Assembly: GCA_000432835.1 (NCBI GenBank)
Contig: FR890374.1
Span: 25,485-89,484, forward strand
Source of the DNA: Clostridium sp. CAG:417
GTDB taxonomy: Bacteria > Bacillota_I > Bacilli_A > RF39 > UBA660
Reading direction: 5' to 3'
DNA length: 64,000 bases
The notes beneath the pieces were generated by a model, which saw only the letters and a program-made list of their open reading frames with translations, was not told the origin of the DNA and did no database searches. Positions 45,856 through 56,603 of the stretch are shown here, piece after piece; positions within the stretch are counted from its first letter, which is position 1, and each line of letters begins with the position of its first letter. The position numbers were made by a program, and so were the translations under genes.

Positions 45856-47892
45856 ATGAAAAAAAAACTATTAATTATTATGCCAATATTAATAGCGATA
45901 ATTGCATTTGTATTTGTATATCGTTACTATAATAAGGAAGATAAAAATACATCTTTAACAGTAGTAGAAAAGAAATGGGTAGAAGAAAATAAAAAACAGG
46001 TAATTGATTTTGAAATAATTAATGATTATCCTTTATATGGTATGAATGGTAATGGAGTATTCTTTGATTTTGTTAATGATTTTGAGAAAAATGTCGGATT
46101 AGAATTTAATAAAATACCTTATTTAAAGGAGTCTACTTCAACTACTGATAGCTATAGAATTCGTATATTGAATAATAATGATGAAGTTAGTAATGATGAT
46201 TTAGTTATTTTTCAAGATAGTTATATAGCAGTTGGACGTAGTTATAGAAGAATTAATCATATTTCGGATATGAAAAACTTAACATTTGGAGTTTTTTCTA
46301 ATGATAGTAGTGATATTAGTTATTACTTAAAGAGTGGTACAAACTTATCTTTTAAAAATTATGATACAATAGATGAGTTATATAAAGCTCTTGATAGTAG
46401 TGAAGTAGATATGATTATTGTACCTAATATTATGTATTTAGATAGAACTATTGGTAAAAGTGAATATTCAATTAACTACTATTTTACAGAGATTAATAAA
46501 AAAGTTGTTTTAACTCTTAGTAAAAATAATAATGAGTTAAATAAAATAGTAAGAAAATATTTTAATAAATGGAAAGAATCTAGATATGTAAAAGAATATA
46601 ATGATAGTTATTTAGATTATTATGTAGAAAAAAATAATTTAAGTGATAAGATAAAAACTTCTTTAATTGCTAAAACATATACATATGGTTATGTTGATAA
46701 TTCACCATATGAGGTAAAGAGTTCAGATGGAATAGCTGGAATAGCTGGAGAATATATTAATAGAATTTCAAGATTAACTGATATTGAATTTAAATTTAAA
46801 AAATATAAAAATACTAAAGAGTTAAAGAAAGCTATTGATAATAAAGAAATAGATATTTATTTTGATTATTATAATTACTCTAATGACTCTTATTTAGCAA
46901 CATTATCGACTTTTGTTGAATATTATGTTGTTTTAGGAAGAGAAAAAGATCAACATATAGTGAATTCCTTTGAAAGTCTTAGAGGAGAAAATATTAGTAT
47001 GCTTGGGGGAGATTCTTTATATAATTATTTTGCTAATAACAGTCGTGCTAATATAAGAAAATATGATAATATTAAAGATATGTTAAATGATAAAAACAGT
47101 GATTTAATAGTCTTAGATAGAGAAGTATATAATTATAATAAAAATAAATTTAAAGATTATAATATTTTATATCTTGATACGATGATGAATGATTATAAAT
47201 TTATGGTTAAATCTAATAATGGTTCATTCTATAATTTACTTAACTATGTTATTAATACTAATTCATATTATAATTATCGTAATAGTGGAATAGAAAGTTT
47301 AAATGAATCAATATTTAAAGGCGCTACTTTCCAAAAACTTTATATAATAGTATTACTTATAATATTTATTCCTCTTACTGCTTTGGCATTGTTCTATTTA
47401 ATTATTAAACATAAAAATAAGAAAAAGAAGGTTAAGAAGATAGATAGACATAAATATACAGATATGCTTACATCTTTGAAGAATAGAAATTATTTAAATG
47501 CTAAGATGAGTGAGTGGGAAGATTGTAATGTTTATCCACAAGCTATTGTTATGGTTGATTTAAATAATGTAAAATATGTAAATGATAACTATGGACATAG
47601 TGAAGGAGATAATTTAATAATTAAAGCGGCAGCTCTTCTTGTTAATACACAGCTTGAAAATAGTGAAATAATAAGAACAGATGGTAATGAATTCTTAATT
47701 TATTTGATTGGTTATAGTGAAAGACAGATATCTACTTATTGTAAAAAATTAACTAAAGAGATGAAAAATTTACCACATGAATTTGGAGCAGCTATTGGAT
47801 TTAGTATGATAGAAGATTCGATTAAGACCTTAGATGATGCTATTAATGAAGCTACTTTAGATATGATTAACGCCAAAGAAGATTTTAAATAG
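45856..47892 (+). CDS. Membrane sensor with two extracytoplasmic solute-binding-like domains and a degenerate GGDEF domain
   Basis: Signal/TM, two SBP-like segments, a TM at residues 490-515, then a GGDEF-fold domain. In that domain the signature reads RTDGNEF, where GG[DE]EF has become DGNEF. Confidence 0.65.
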   Translation: MKKKLLIIMPILIAIIAFVFVYRYYNKEDKNTSLTVVEKKWVEENKKQVIDFEIINDYPLYGMNGNGVFFDFVNDFEKNVGLEFNKIPYLKESTSTTDSYRIRILNNNDEVSNDDLVIFQDSYIAVGRSYRRINHISDMKNLTFGVFSNDSSDISYYLKSGTNLSFKNYDTIDELYKALDSSEVDMIIVPNIMYLDRTIGKSEYSINYYFTEINKKVVLTLSKNNNELNKIVRKYFNKWKESRYVKEYNDSYLDYYVEKNNLSDKIKTSLIAKTYTYGYVDNSPYEVKSSDGIAGIAGEYINRISRLTDIEFKFKKYKNTKELKKAIDNKEIDIYFDYYNYSNDSYLATLSTFVEYYVVLGREKDQHIVNSFESLRGENISMLGGDSLYNYFANNSRANIRKYDNIKDMLNDKNSDLIVLDREVYNYNKNKFKDYNILYLDTMMNDYKFMVKSNNGSFYNLLNYVINTNSYYNYRNSGIESLNESIFKGATFQKLYIIVLLIIFIPLTALALFYLIIKHKNKKKKVKKIDRHKYTDMLTSLKNRNYLNAKMSEWEDCNVYPQAIVMVDLNNVKYVNDNYGHSEGDNLIIKAAALLVNTQLENSEIIRTDGNEFLIYLIGYSERQISTYCKKLTKEMKNLPHEFGAAIGFSMIEDSIKTLDDAINEATLDMINAKEDFK

Positions 47893-47906
47893 AATAGGGG
47901 ATTGTG

Positions 47907-48770
47907 ATGGAGCGAGTTAGAAAGTTTTTGAAAAAAGTTATTTTTGTAGTTCAAAAACCTTATATGCGAGTATTGCCAGGTCAACTCGCTTTTTTCACTG
48001 TGCTATCATTAATTCCATTGGTCGCAGTTGTTGGAACACTTGCAACTTATTTTTCGTTATCATTAAATTCATTAGAAGAAATACTCAATACTTTTTTCCC
48101 AACAGATTTATCTGTGATGTTTACTAGTTCTATTACTGGTAAAGGGTTAACATTTAATATTGTAGTATTTCTTTTTTCTGCTTTTATCTTGGCCTCTAAT
48201 GGAGCTCATTCGGTTATTATTACGTCGAATGAAATATATGGAATTAAAGGAAGAGGATATATAGGTAGAAGATTTAAAGCTATAGCTATTACATTTCTCC
48301 TAGTGTGGATTATCTTTTTTACCTTAGCAGTTCCTGTATTTGGAGATACTTTGTTTGAGGCTTTATTTTTGCAATATGGTCATACTAAGTTTTTAGTAAT
48401 ATGTAATGGGATATATACGATAATTAAAATTCCAGTTACTATGATTCTAATGTTTTTAGCAGTCAAAATGATTTATGCAATGGCTCCTGATGAAGAAGTA
48501 CCTACTAAAGATAATTTATTAGGACCATTTTTTACTACTGTACTATGGATTATTGGTACAGAGATTTACTCGATTTATGTAAAGTATTTTTCTAACTATA
48601 ATTTATTTTATGGAAGTATTTCTAATATTATTATTTTAATGATTTGGGTATATTATTTAGCTTATGTCTTTGTACTTGGAATGGCCATAAGTGCCACTAG
48701 TGATAAAGAACTTAATTTAACAAAACAAATAGAACTTAGTGACTTGACTAAAAAAAATAGGCGAGATTGA
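47907..48770 (+). CDS. YihY/BrkB family membrane protein
   Basis: Six TM helices and the YihY pattern (PGQLAFFTVLSLIPL...). Confidence 0.7.
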   Translation: MERVRKFLKKVIFVVQKPYMRVLPGQLAFFTVLSLIPLVAVVGTLATYFSLSLNSLEEILNTFFPTDLSVMFTSSITGKGLTFNIVVFLFSAFILASNGAHSVIITSNEIYGIKGRGYIGRRFKAIAITFLLVWIIFFTLAVPVFGDTLFEALFLQYGHTKFLVICNGIYTIIKIPVTMILMFLAVKMIYAMAPDEEVPTKDNLLGPFFTTVLWIIGTEIYSIYVKYFSNYNLFYGSISNIIILMIWVYYLAYVFVLGMAISATSDKELNLTKQIELSDLTKKNRRD

Positions 48771-48818
48771 AAAAGTATACTATTAGTGTTATAATAAAAA
48801 AATAAGTGAGGTAATAAA

Positions 48819-50888
48819 ATGGAAAAAATTAAAAATTTGAAAAATAAATTTATTAATACTTGTAAAAAAATAAAAGAGGAACATCTTATTTCTAAATACA
48901 TCAAAAATAATAAAATTTTTGTATTTTTCGTTTTGGTTAATGTTATTAATTCAACTTTGTTAAGAATTCTTACAATGCCAAATGCGGAAAATATTTTTGC
49001 TTTAAAGCCTATTATTGCTGATTTAGCAGTGGTAATTATTATAGGATCGTTTAATTACTTGTTTCATAAAGGCAAGTCACAAGTAATTTATTTAAGTATA
49101 ATTACATTTATTTTTACGGCTATATGTACAATAAATTCAGTTTATTATACTTTTTACACATCATTTGCAAGCTTTTCAATGCTTTCTTTGACACAGTTCA
49201 TTGCGCCTGTAGGAGATGCAGTTGTAGAAAATGTTTTACAGATTAAAGATTTGGTATATCTAATTCCTACTATTGCATTTTATGTGTATTGCTTTTTGAA
49301 GAAGAAACAATATAAAAACAAGTTTGAACTTAAGAGAAAGAGAAAAGATAAATTTGTTAAAACTATCTCGACAGGTGGTATTTTAGTTCTATTATTTTGT
49401 GTTACTCTAACCAGTTTAGAAATAGGACGTTTTGTTAAACAATGGAATAAAGAATATGTGGTACAAAGATTTGGTATTTATGTTTATCAAGTAAATGATG
49501 GATTTACTAGTTTACAACCTAAGATCAGTTCTATGTTTGGATATGATGAAGCGGCTAGAAAATTTAGAGAATATTTTAAGAAAAAGAGTGAACAAACTGA
49601 ATATACTAAGAAAAATGAATATACAGATATTCTTAAGGGAAAAAATGTTTTAGTAATTCATGCTGAAAGTTTACAGACTATAGCGTTAAATACCTCTTTT
49701 AATGGACAAGATGTAGCGCCAAACTTTAAGAGATTAGCTAGTGAAGGAATTTATTTTTCTAATTATTACTCCCAAGTTAGTGTTGGAACAAGTAGTGATG
49801 CTGAACTTTCCTTTAATACATCATTAATGCCAACTAAGAGTGGTACAGCTTTTGTTTCTTATTCAGATAGAACTTATACAGCTACCCCTCAAAAAATGAA
49901 GGAACTTGGTTATTATACCTTTAGTATGCATGGTAATACTGCAGATTTCTGGAATAGGCGTGTTATGCATAAAAATTTTGGTTTTGATAAGTTTTATAGT
50001 AAAGTAGATTATAATGTTACTAAAGAAAATACAATAGGACTTGGAATAAGTGATAAAGCTTTCTTTAGTCAATCAGTAGACTATATAGAAAAAATTAGCA
50101 AAGAACATGATAAATTCTATGGAACTTTGATTACACTTACTAATCATACACCTTTCTCTGAAGTAGATAAGTATGGCGATTTTGATGTTAATATTAAAGA
50201 AAGTGTCACTAATGAAGACGGAACAGTTACAGATGTTACTTATCCTTATATGGAAGGAACTAAACTAGGAAACTATTTTAAATCTGTTCATTATGCAGAT
50301 GAAGCACTTGGTGAATTTATAAATAAACTTGATGAAAAAGGATTACTAGATAATACAGTAGTTGTAATATATGGTGATCATGATGCTAGACTTCCTAAAA
50401 AAGATTACAATAGACTATATAATTATGATAAAACAACTGATAGTGTAAAAGATGAAGATAGCGAAGGTTATGTTAATTTTGATAGCTATCAATATGAACT
50501 TAATAGAAAAGTTCCATTCATTATTTGGACAAAAGATAAAAAATATAATGTTGAAGTTAAAAATGTTATGGGAATGTATGATGCTATGCCAACTCTTGGT
50601 AATATGTTAGGATTTAGTAATAAATATGCTTTAGGACATGATATCTTTAACATAAAAGAAAATAATATAGTAGTTTTCCCTAATGGTAATTGGGTTACTA
50701 ATAAGGTTTACTATAATGCACAAAAAGGACAATATTTATCATTAAATAATAATGAAATTATAGATAAAAATTATATTTCTGAGAATACTAAATATGCAGA
50801 GGATTTATTAAGTGTCTCTAACGATATGATAGTATTCGATTTAGTAAAAAAAGAGAATGAAAAAGAACAAGCTAGTTCTTCAAAGTAA
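48819..50888 (+). CDS. ltaS: Lipoteichoic acid synthase family protein (LtaS-like sulfatase-fold)
   Basis: Five N-terminal TM helices plus an extracellular alkaline-phosphatase/sulfatase domain (VLVIHAESLQT, YYSQVSVGTSSDAELSFNTSL, GDHD). Confidence 0.8.
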   Translation: MEKIKNLKNKFINTCKKIKEEHLISKYIKNNKIFVFFVLVNVINSTLLRILTMPNAENIFALKPIIADLAVVIIIGSFNYLFHKGKSQVIYLSIITFIFTAICTINSVYYTFYTSFASFSMLSLTQFIAPVGDAVVENVLQIKDLVYLIPTIAFYVYCFLKKKQYKNKFELKRKRKDKFVKTISTGGILVLLFCVTLTSLEIGRFVKQWNKEYVVQRFGIYVYQVNDGFTSLQPKISSMFGYDEAARKFREYFKKKSEQTEYTKKNEYTDILKGKNVLVIHAESLQTIALNTSFNGQDVAPNFKRLASEGIYFSNYYSQVSVGTSSDAELSFNTSLMPTKSGTAFVSYSDRTYTATPQKMKELGYYTFSMHGNTADFWNRRVMHKNFGFDKFYSKVDYNVTKENTIGLGISDKAFFSQSVDYIEKISKEHDKFYGTLITLTNHTPFSEVDKYGDFDVNIKESVTNEDGTVTDVTYPYMEGTKLGNYFKSVHYADEALGEFINKLDEKGLLDNTVVVIYGDHDARLPKKDYNRLYNYDKTTDSVKDEDSEGYVNFDSYQYELNRKVPFIIWTKDKKYNVEVKNVMGMYDAMPTLGNMLGFSNKYALGHDIFNIKENNIVVFPNGNWVTNKVYYNAQKGQYLSLNNNEIIDKNYISENTKYAEDLLSVSNDMIVFDLVKKENEKEQASSSK

Positions 50889-50898
50889 TGGAGGATAT

Positions 50899-51519
50899 AT
50901 GCATTTAAAGAAAAGTGTTAAGAGAAAATTAATCTTCTTGTTAATAATAATACTAATTTGTGTAGGGGTTTTATGTTATTTTAAATTTTTTGATACAAAG
51001 AAAGCACGTAAAGTAAAGGTAATTGATGAAATAAAAGAGTATTCTTATCAGTTAAAAGACTCTAAGAGTAAGTTATATAAAGATGAATTCAAAAATTTAG
51101 AGAAGATACTTGCTAAAAAAGATGTTGATGAAGAAGAATACGCTAAGAGTATTTCTAAGTTATTTATCATAGACTTTTTCTCTCTATCAGATAAGTTAGC
51201 AAAAACTGATGTTGGTGGTAGTGATTTCGTTCATAGTGATGAACTTACAGACTTTTTAGAAAAAGCAGAAGATACTTTTTATAAATATGTAGAAAGTAAT
51301 GTTTATGGTGGTAGAACACAAAAGTTACCTACTGTTGATAGTGTAAAGATTAATAGTATTACTAAAGATACTTTTAAATACAAAAAAACAGATGTTGAGA
51401 GTTATGTTGTAAAAGTATCTTGGACTTATTCTGATGAACAATTTGATAGCTATCAGAAGAGTGCTACATTAACTATTATTCATCAAGATAAAAAATTAGT
51501 AATAGTTGAAATGGAATAG
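50899..51519 (+). CDS. Hypothetical membrane-anchored protein
   Basis: ATG follows GGAGGA. N-terminal TM, about 180-aa extracytoplasmic domain. Confidence 0.5.
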   Translation: MHLKKSVKRKLIFLLIIILICVGVLCYFKFFDTKKARKVKVIDEIKEYSYQLKDSKSKLYKDEFKNLEKILAKKDVDEEEYAKSISKLFIIDFFSLSDKLAKTDVGGSDFVHSDELTDFLEKAEDTFYKYVESNVYGGRTQKLPTVDSVKINSITKDTFKYKKTDVESYVVKVSWTYSDEQFDSYQKSATLTIIHQDKKLVIVEME

Positions 51520-51529
51520 GAGGGTAATG

Positions 51530-53578
51530 ATGGCAAAAGAAAAAAATAATGAAGAAAAAGTTAGACCTAAGGGTAGAATAGTACTTACAGTTCTTTTAAT
51601 TCTTGCTTTACTCTCTGGTGGTTTTGCAATATATAATTTGTTTCTATTAAGAAATATGGGTAACCTAGTAAAATATTTTTATTTTGCAATGGTACTAATT
51701 ATTGGTTTATATATTTTGCTATTTTTTAAAGTTAAAGTTAGATTAAAGAGAAGAAAAAAGGGAAAAGAAAAGAAAGAGAAAAAGGATAGAGGACTTATTA
51801 TTTGTTTTGTTCTTTATATCATTTTTACAGCTATCTTAGGTGGTGCGATAGCGTATGTTTATGGCTTTGTCGGTAGTTTTAATAAAGAATATGTAACATA
51901 TTCATCAAGTTTAGTAACTTTAAGTTCTAATGAGAGTAAAACAATAGAAGATGTTGATGATTATAGAATAGGTATTCTTTCTGATAAAAATTCGGTAGAA
52001 GGATATATTATTCCTCAAGAAGTTATTAAGAAATATAAATTAAAAGATAACAATGATATAGTGGAATATGATAACTACACTGAAATGATGGCTGATTTGT
52101 ATGCGAAAGAAATAGATGCTTTATTTATTACAACTTCATATCACTCTATTTTTAGTAGTATTGATGCTTATGAAAATATAGATAATGAAACTAAGAAAAT
52201 ATTTACTCAAGAGAAAAAGATGAAGAAAGTTGTTACTAGTAAAAGGGAAACTTCTTCAAAGGGTAAAAATATTAAAGAACCATTTACCATTTTACTTATG
52301 GGAGTTGATTCAACAGATGAAGGTCTTACAAAAAATACTGTTGCTAATGGAGATTCTTTAGTATTAATTACATTTAATCCCAAAACATTAAATGCAACTA
52401 TGATTAGTATTCCGCGTGATAGTTATGTTCCTATTGCTTGTTGGAGTGGTAAACCAGAAAATAAGATAACACATGCTGCGGCATATGGAACTGATTGTAT
52501 GATGAGTACAATAGAAGAGTATTTTGATATTAAAATAGATTATTATGCTAAGATTAATTTTAAAGGTTTAGTTAAATTAGTTGATGCTATGGGTGGAATT
52601 GATGTAGAAGTACCAAAAGATTTATGTACTGATAATTCTAATCGTGAGGGAGAAGTATGTATATCACAAGGATATCAACATTTAAATGGTGAACAGGCAT
52701 TAGTTTTATCAAGAAACAGAAAACAATTAGCGGCTGGAGATCTTGATAGAGGTCGTAATCAACAATTAGTAATACAAGCAATGGTCAATAAAGTTAGAAC
52801 GATTAAGAGTGCCTCTAAGTTTATGAAGATACTTGATACAATATCTAATAACTTTGATACTAACTTTACAGCTAATCAAATTTTATCTTTCTATAGTATT
52901 GCTGAAGATATTTTAAATAATAATTTGGCTAAAGATGATGCGGACTTAGTGAATATCCAACAACTTTACTTACAAGGAACTGGTCAGATGATATATGATG
53001 AGAGAGCAAGAATGGTTCTTTGGAATTATGTTCCTAATAAAGATAGTCGTAAAGATGTTGTTAATGCTATGAAAACTAATTTAGGATTATTAGAATATGA
53101 AGATAAGAAAACATTTAGTTTCTCAATTAACGATGAATATGAAAAACAAATAGTTGGTTATGGACCATATAATAGTAATTATACTTATAAATTAGTTCCA
53201 AATTTTGTTGGTTACAGTGAAGCTGTAGCAAGATCAATTGCTTCGCGTAACGGTATTAAAGTAGTCTTTTCTGGAAGTGGTGGAACAGTAGTTAGTCAAA
53301 GTGCTCCTGTTAATAAGAGAGTTGATAAATTAAATGGTTCTGTAACACTAACTCTTTCAGGTAGTAGTAAATCTAATACTACAACTGAAAGTAGTAAGGA
53401 TACTAGTAAAAATAATAATAATAATAACAATAATAAAGATAAAGGAACATCATCTGATGAGACAAAAAAAGATGATGAAAAAGATGATGAAAAAGATGAT
53501 ATAGGCAGTGATGATAAAACAACATCATCTGATGAGACAAAAAAAGATGAGAAATCATCTAATGGTGGTAATAATTAA
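51530..53578 (+). CDS. LytR-CpsA-Psr (LCP) family protein with C-terminal PASTA-like domain and low-complexity tail
   Basis: TM anchor, then the LCP core (ILLMGVDS...DSLVLITFNPKTLNATMISIPRDSYV, LNGEQALVLSRNR), then a PASTA-like module (LVPNFVGYSEAVARSIASRNGIKVVFSG), then an Asn/Asp/Lys-rich tail. Confidence 0.75.
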   Translation: MAKEKNNEEKVRPKGRIVLTVLLILALLSGGFAIYNLFLLRNMGNLVKYFYFAMVLIIGLYILLFFKVKVRLKRRKKGKEKKEKKDRGLIICFVLYIIFTAILGGAIAYVYGFVGSFNKEYVTYSSSLVTLSSNESKTIEDVDDYRIGILSDKNSVEGYIIPQEVIKKYKLKDNNDIVEYDNYTEMMADLYAKEIDALFITTSYHSIFSSIDAYENIDNETKKIFTQEKKMKKVVTSKRETSSKGKNIKEPFTILLMGVDSTDEGLTKNTVANGDSLVLITFNPKTLNATMISIPRDSYVPIACWSGKPENKITHAAAYGTDCMMSTIEEYFDIKIDYYAKINFKGLVKLVDAMGGIDVEVPKDLCTDNSNREGEVCISQGYQHLNGEQALVLSRNRKQLAAGDLDRGRNQQLVIQAMVNKVRTIKSASKFMKILDTISNNFDTNFTANQILSFYSIAEDILNNNLAKDDADLVNIQQLYLQGTGQMIYDERARMVLWNYVPNKDSRKDVVNAMKTNLGLLEYEDKKTFSFSINDEYEKQIVGYGPYNSNYTYKLVPNFVGYSEAVARSIASRNGIKVVFSGSGGTVVSQSAPVNKRVDKLNGSVTLTLSGSSKSNTTTESSKDTSKNNNNNNNNKDKGTSSDETKKDDEKDDEKDDIGSDDKTTSSDETKKDEKSSNGGNN

Positions 53579-53586
53579 TTAGAAGT

Positions 53587-53612
53587 AGAGATAGTAATAT
53601 CTCTTTTCTTCT
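53587..53612 (+). terminator. Rho-independent terminator after the LCP gene
   Basis: AGAGATA-gtaa-TATCTCT hairpin followed by TTTCTTCTT. Confidence 0.55.
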
Positions 53613-53664
53613 TGGGAATTTATACTGATTTGTGTTAAAATATGTTTAGAGAGGAGAGGATTAA

Positions 53665-56595
53665 ATGGTTAATTTAAATGTTAAAAGTAATTACTCTCTT
53701 CTATCTAGTATGCTTAGAATAGATGACATTATAAAAGTAGCACTTGATAATAAAAGTAAAGCTGCATTTTTATGTGATAATAATATGTATGGTGTCATGG
53801 AATTTTATAAAAAATGTAGAAATAATAATATTAAACCTATTATAGGAGTTAATATTCATCTTGAATTATTTGAACTTTACTTATATTGTAGAAATTATGA
53901 TGGTTATAAAAATATTATAAAATTAACTACTATTCAGAATGAAAGAGAAGTAAATATTAATGACTTAGAAAAATATAATACTAATTTGGTTACGGTATTA
54001 AAGTATGATAATATTAAATATTATGATCAATTAAAAAATATTTTTGATATGTTATATATAGGTGTAGATAATAAGGAACAAGAAAAAAATGCCTTAAATG
54101 TAACAGAGAAAGTTATCTTTTTTAAAGAATGTTTATATTTAGAGAGAAAAGACAGTAAATATTTAAATTATCTATATTTAATTAGAGATGGTAAAACTAT
54201 AAGTGATGAGATTAATTATGATATTTATCATAAAGAATTGTTAAATAATACGGATTTATCATCAAATAGTCATAATAATATTTTAGATATTATTAGTATG
54301 TGTGATCTTTTATTTCCTAAGAGTGAAATTTTACTACCTGTTTATAAAATAGATAATAATATGTCACCAGATAAATATTTATTTGAACTTGCTAAGGCAG
54401 GACTTCGAAAAAGACTAGGAAGTGAAATCCCTGAGAAGTATCAAAAAAGACTTAGCTATGAACTTAATATAATAAAACAAATGGGATTTCCTAATTATTT
54501 TTTAGTAGTATATGATTTTATTAAATACGCTAAGACTCATAATATTTTAGTTGGACCAGGAAGGGGAAGTGCCGCTGGGAGTTTAGTGGCTTATGCTTTA
54601 GGAATTACAGAAATTGATCCTTTAGAATATGATTTGTTGTTTGAAAGATTTTTAAATCCTGAAAGACATGGAATGCCAGATATAGATACGGATTTTCCAG
54701 ATGAAAAAAGAGATCAAGTAATAGAGTATGTGACTAATAAATATGGGAAGAAACATGTTTCAGGAATTGTTACTTTTGGAACTTTAAGTAGTAAACAAGT
54801 TTTAAGAGATTTAGCTAGGATTTTTAATATTCCAGGTTATAAAATAGATTCTTTAACTAAACTTATTCCTAACATGTCAAAAGATAAGTTAAAAGATATT
54901 TATCAAAAAAATACTAATTTTAAAATGATGATTGATGGAGATGTTACTTTAAAAAATTTATTTGTATCTGCGCTTAAATTAGAAGGCTTTCCGAGACATA
55001 TCTCCTCTCATGCGGCTGGAATATTAATGTGTTCTAAAGAGTTAGATGAAGTTATTCCATTAACTGTTAATGATTCAATGTATTTATCAGGTTATTCTAT
55101 GGAGTATTTAGAGGAGTTAGGACTTCTTAAAATGGACTTTTTAGGTCTTAAAAATTTAAGTATTATTGAAAATATTATTAGTGACATAAAAAAAATTTAT
55201 GGTGTAGATATTAACTTTAATAAGATTGCCCTAAATGATGATAGAGTACTTTCTGTTTTTAGAGAAGCTGATACAGTTGGAATATTTCAATTTGAATCTA
55301 GTGGAATGAAGAATTTTTTGAAAAGACTTCGTCCGACTACTTTTGAAGATATCTTTGCGGCAATAGCGCTTTTTAGACCTGGGCCAGCAGTTAATATTGA
55401 TACATATATTAGAAGAAAACATGGTTTAGAAAAAGTGACTTATTTGGATCCTACCTTGGAGCCAATACTAAAAAATACTTATGGAATATTTATCTATCAG
55501 GAACAGATTATGCAAGCAGCTAATAAATATGCTGGTTATACCTTAGGTGAAGCTGATATTTTGAGACGAGCTATGAGTAAGAAAAAGTTAGAACTATTAA
55601 AAACAGAAGAAACTAAGTTTTTAGAAAAAAGTGCTAAACTTAATCGTAATAAAGAAGTATCTAAGAAAATATATGACTTAATTTTAAACTTTGCAGGATA
55701 TGGTTTTAACAGATCTCACTCTGTTGCTTATTCCTTGATTGCTTATAAAATGGCATATTTTAAGGTGTATTATCAACATATATTTTATAGTAATCTATTA
55801 ACTAATGTGATAGGAAGCGAAGTAAAAACTAAAGAGTATATTTTAGAAGCTAGGAGTAAAGGAATAGAAATTGAACTTCCGGATATCAATATTAGTACGG
55901 ATAAATATATAGTTCTTGATAAAAAAATATATTATCCCTTTACTAATATAAAATCAGTGGGATTAGTAGCGGCTTTGAAAATAATAAAATCTCGAAATGA
56001 GTGCTTTCAAGATATATATGATGCCTTTAGTAAATTAATTATTAATGGTGTAGGAAGATCTACTTTAGAATCTTTAATATTTAGTTTAGCATTTCGAACA
56101 TTTAATTATAATAGACAAACGCTTATTTATAATTTAGATGAATTAATTAATTATGGTGAATTGACTAAAGACTTAGATCCAAGTTTAGTAATGAAACCTG
56201 AAATAGAGATAAGAGATGAATATGATAGTGATTTCTTATTGCAGAAAGAAAAAGAAATATTTGGTTTTTATTTAACGAATCATCCTTCGACAAAATATAA
56301 ATATGGAAGACGTGACTATGTTAATTTGAAGGATGTCGCTAACTATTTTGATAAAAATATTAATACAGTAGTATTAGTCGAAAGAGTGAAGGTTATAAAA
56401 ACTAAAAATGGTGACAATATGGCTTTTCTTACATGTAGTGATGAAGATGGTAGTATTAGTTATACCTGTTTTCCAAAGGTATATAATTTATATAATAACA
56501 TTACTAGGGGAGACGTTATCTTAGTATTTGGAAAAGTTGAAAAAAGACTTAATGAATTACAAATAATAGTTAGTAAAATAACAAAACTTAATTAG
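53665..56595 (+). CDS. dnaE: DNA polymerase III alpha subunit (DnaE-type)
   Basis: PHP domain N-terminus; GLLKMDFLGLKNL; FNRSHSVAYSLIAYKMAYFKVYY; 976 aa. Confidence 0.9.
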   Translation: MVNLNVKSNYSLLSSMLRIDDIIKVALDNKSKAAFLCDNNMYGVMEFYKKCRNNNIKPIIGVNIHLELFELYLYCRNYDGYKNIIKLTTIQNEREVNINDLEKYNTNLVTVLKYDNIKYYDQLKNIFDMLYIGVDNKEQEKNALNVTEKVIFFKECLYLERKDSKYLNYLYLIRDGKTISDEINYDIYHKELLNNTDLSSNSHNNILDIISMCDLLFPKSEILLPVYKIDNNMSPDKYLFELAKAGLRKRLGSEIPEKYQKRLSYELNIIKQMGFPNYFLVVYDFIKYAKTHNILVGPGRGSAAGSLVAYALGITEIDPLEYDLLFERFLNPERHGMPDIDTDFPDEKRDQVIEYVTNKYGKKHVSGIVTFGTLSSKQVLRDLARIFNIPGYKIDSLTKLIPNMSKDKLKDIYQKNTNFKMMIDGDVTLKNLFVSALKLEGFPRHISSHAAGILMCSKELDEVIPLTVNDSMYLSGYSMEYLEELGLLKMDFLGLKNLSIIENIISDIKKIYGVDINFNKIALNDDRVLSVFREADTVGIFQFESSGMKNFLKRLRPTTFEDIFAAIALFRPGPAVNIDTYIRRKHGLEKVTYLDPTLEPILKNTYGIFIYQEQIMQAANKYAGYTLGEADILRRAMSKKKLELLKTEETKFLEKSAKLNRNKEVSKKIYDLILNFAGYGFNRSHSVAYSLIAYKMAYFKVYYQHIFYSNLLTNVIGSEVKTKEYILEARSKGIEIELPDINISTDKYIVLDKKIYYPFTNIKSVGLVAALKIIKSRNECFQDIYDAFSKLIINGVGRSTLESLIFSLAFRTFNYNRQTLIYNLDELINYGELTKDLDPSLVMKPEIEIRDEYDSDFLLQKEKEIFGFYLTNHPSTKYKYGRRDYVNLKDVANYFDKNINTVVLVERVKVIKTKNGDNMAFLTCSDEDGSISYTCFPKVYNLYNNITRGDVILVFGKVEKRLNELQIIVSKITKLN

Positions 56596-56603
56596 GAGAT
56601 AAT

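Noticed and set aside
47736-48904. Antisense ORFs over the GGDEF-like gene 3' end (82 aa) and the YihY gene 3' end (80 aa)
   Set aside because: Overlap confident + strand genes. Hydrophobic low-complexity products.
49863-50072. 69-aa antisense ORF inside ltaS
   Set aside because: Antisense to the conserved sulfatase domain.
55231-55422. 63-aa antisense ORF inside dnaE
   Set aside because: Antisense to a highly conserved polymerase core.
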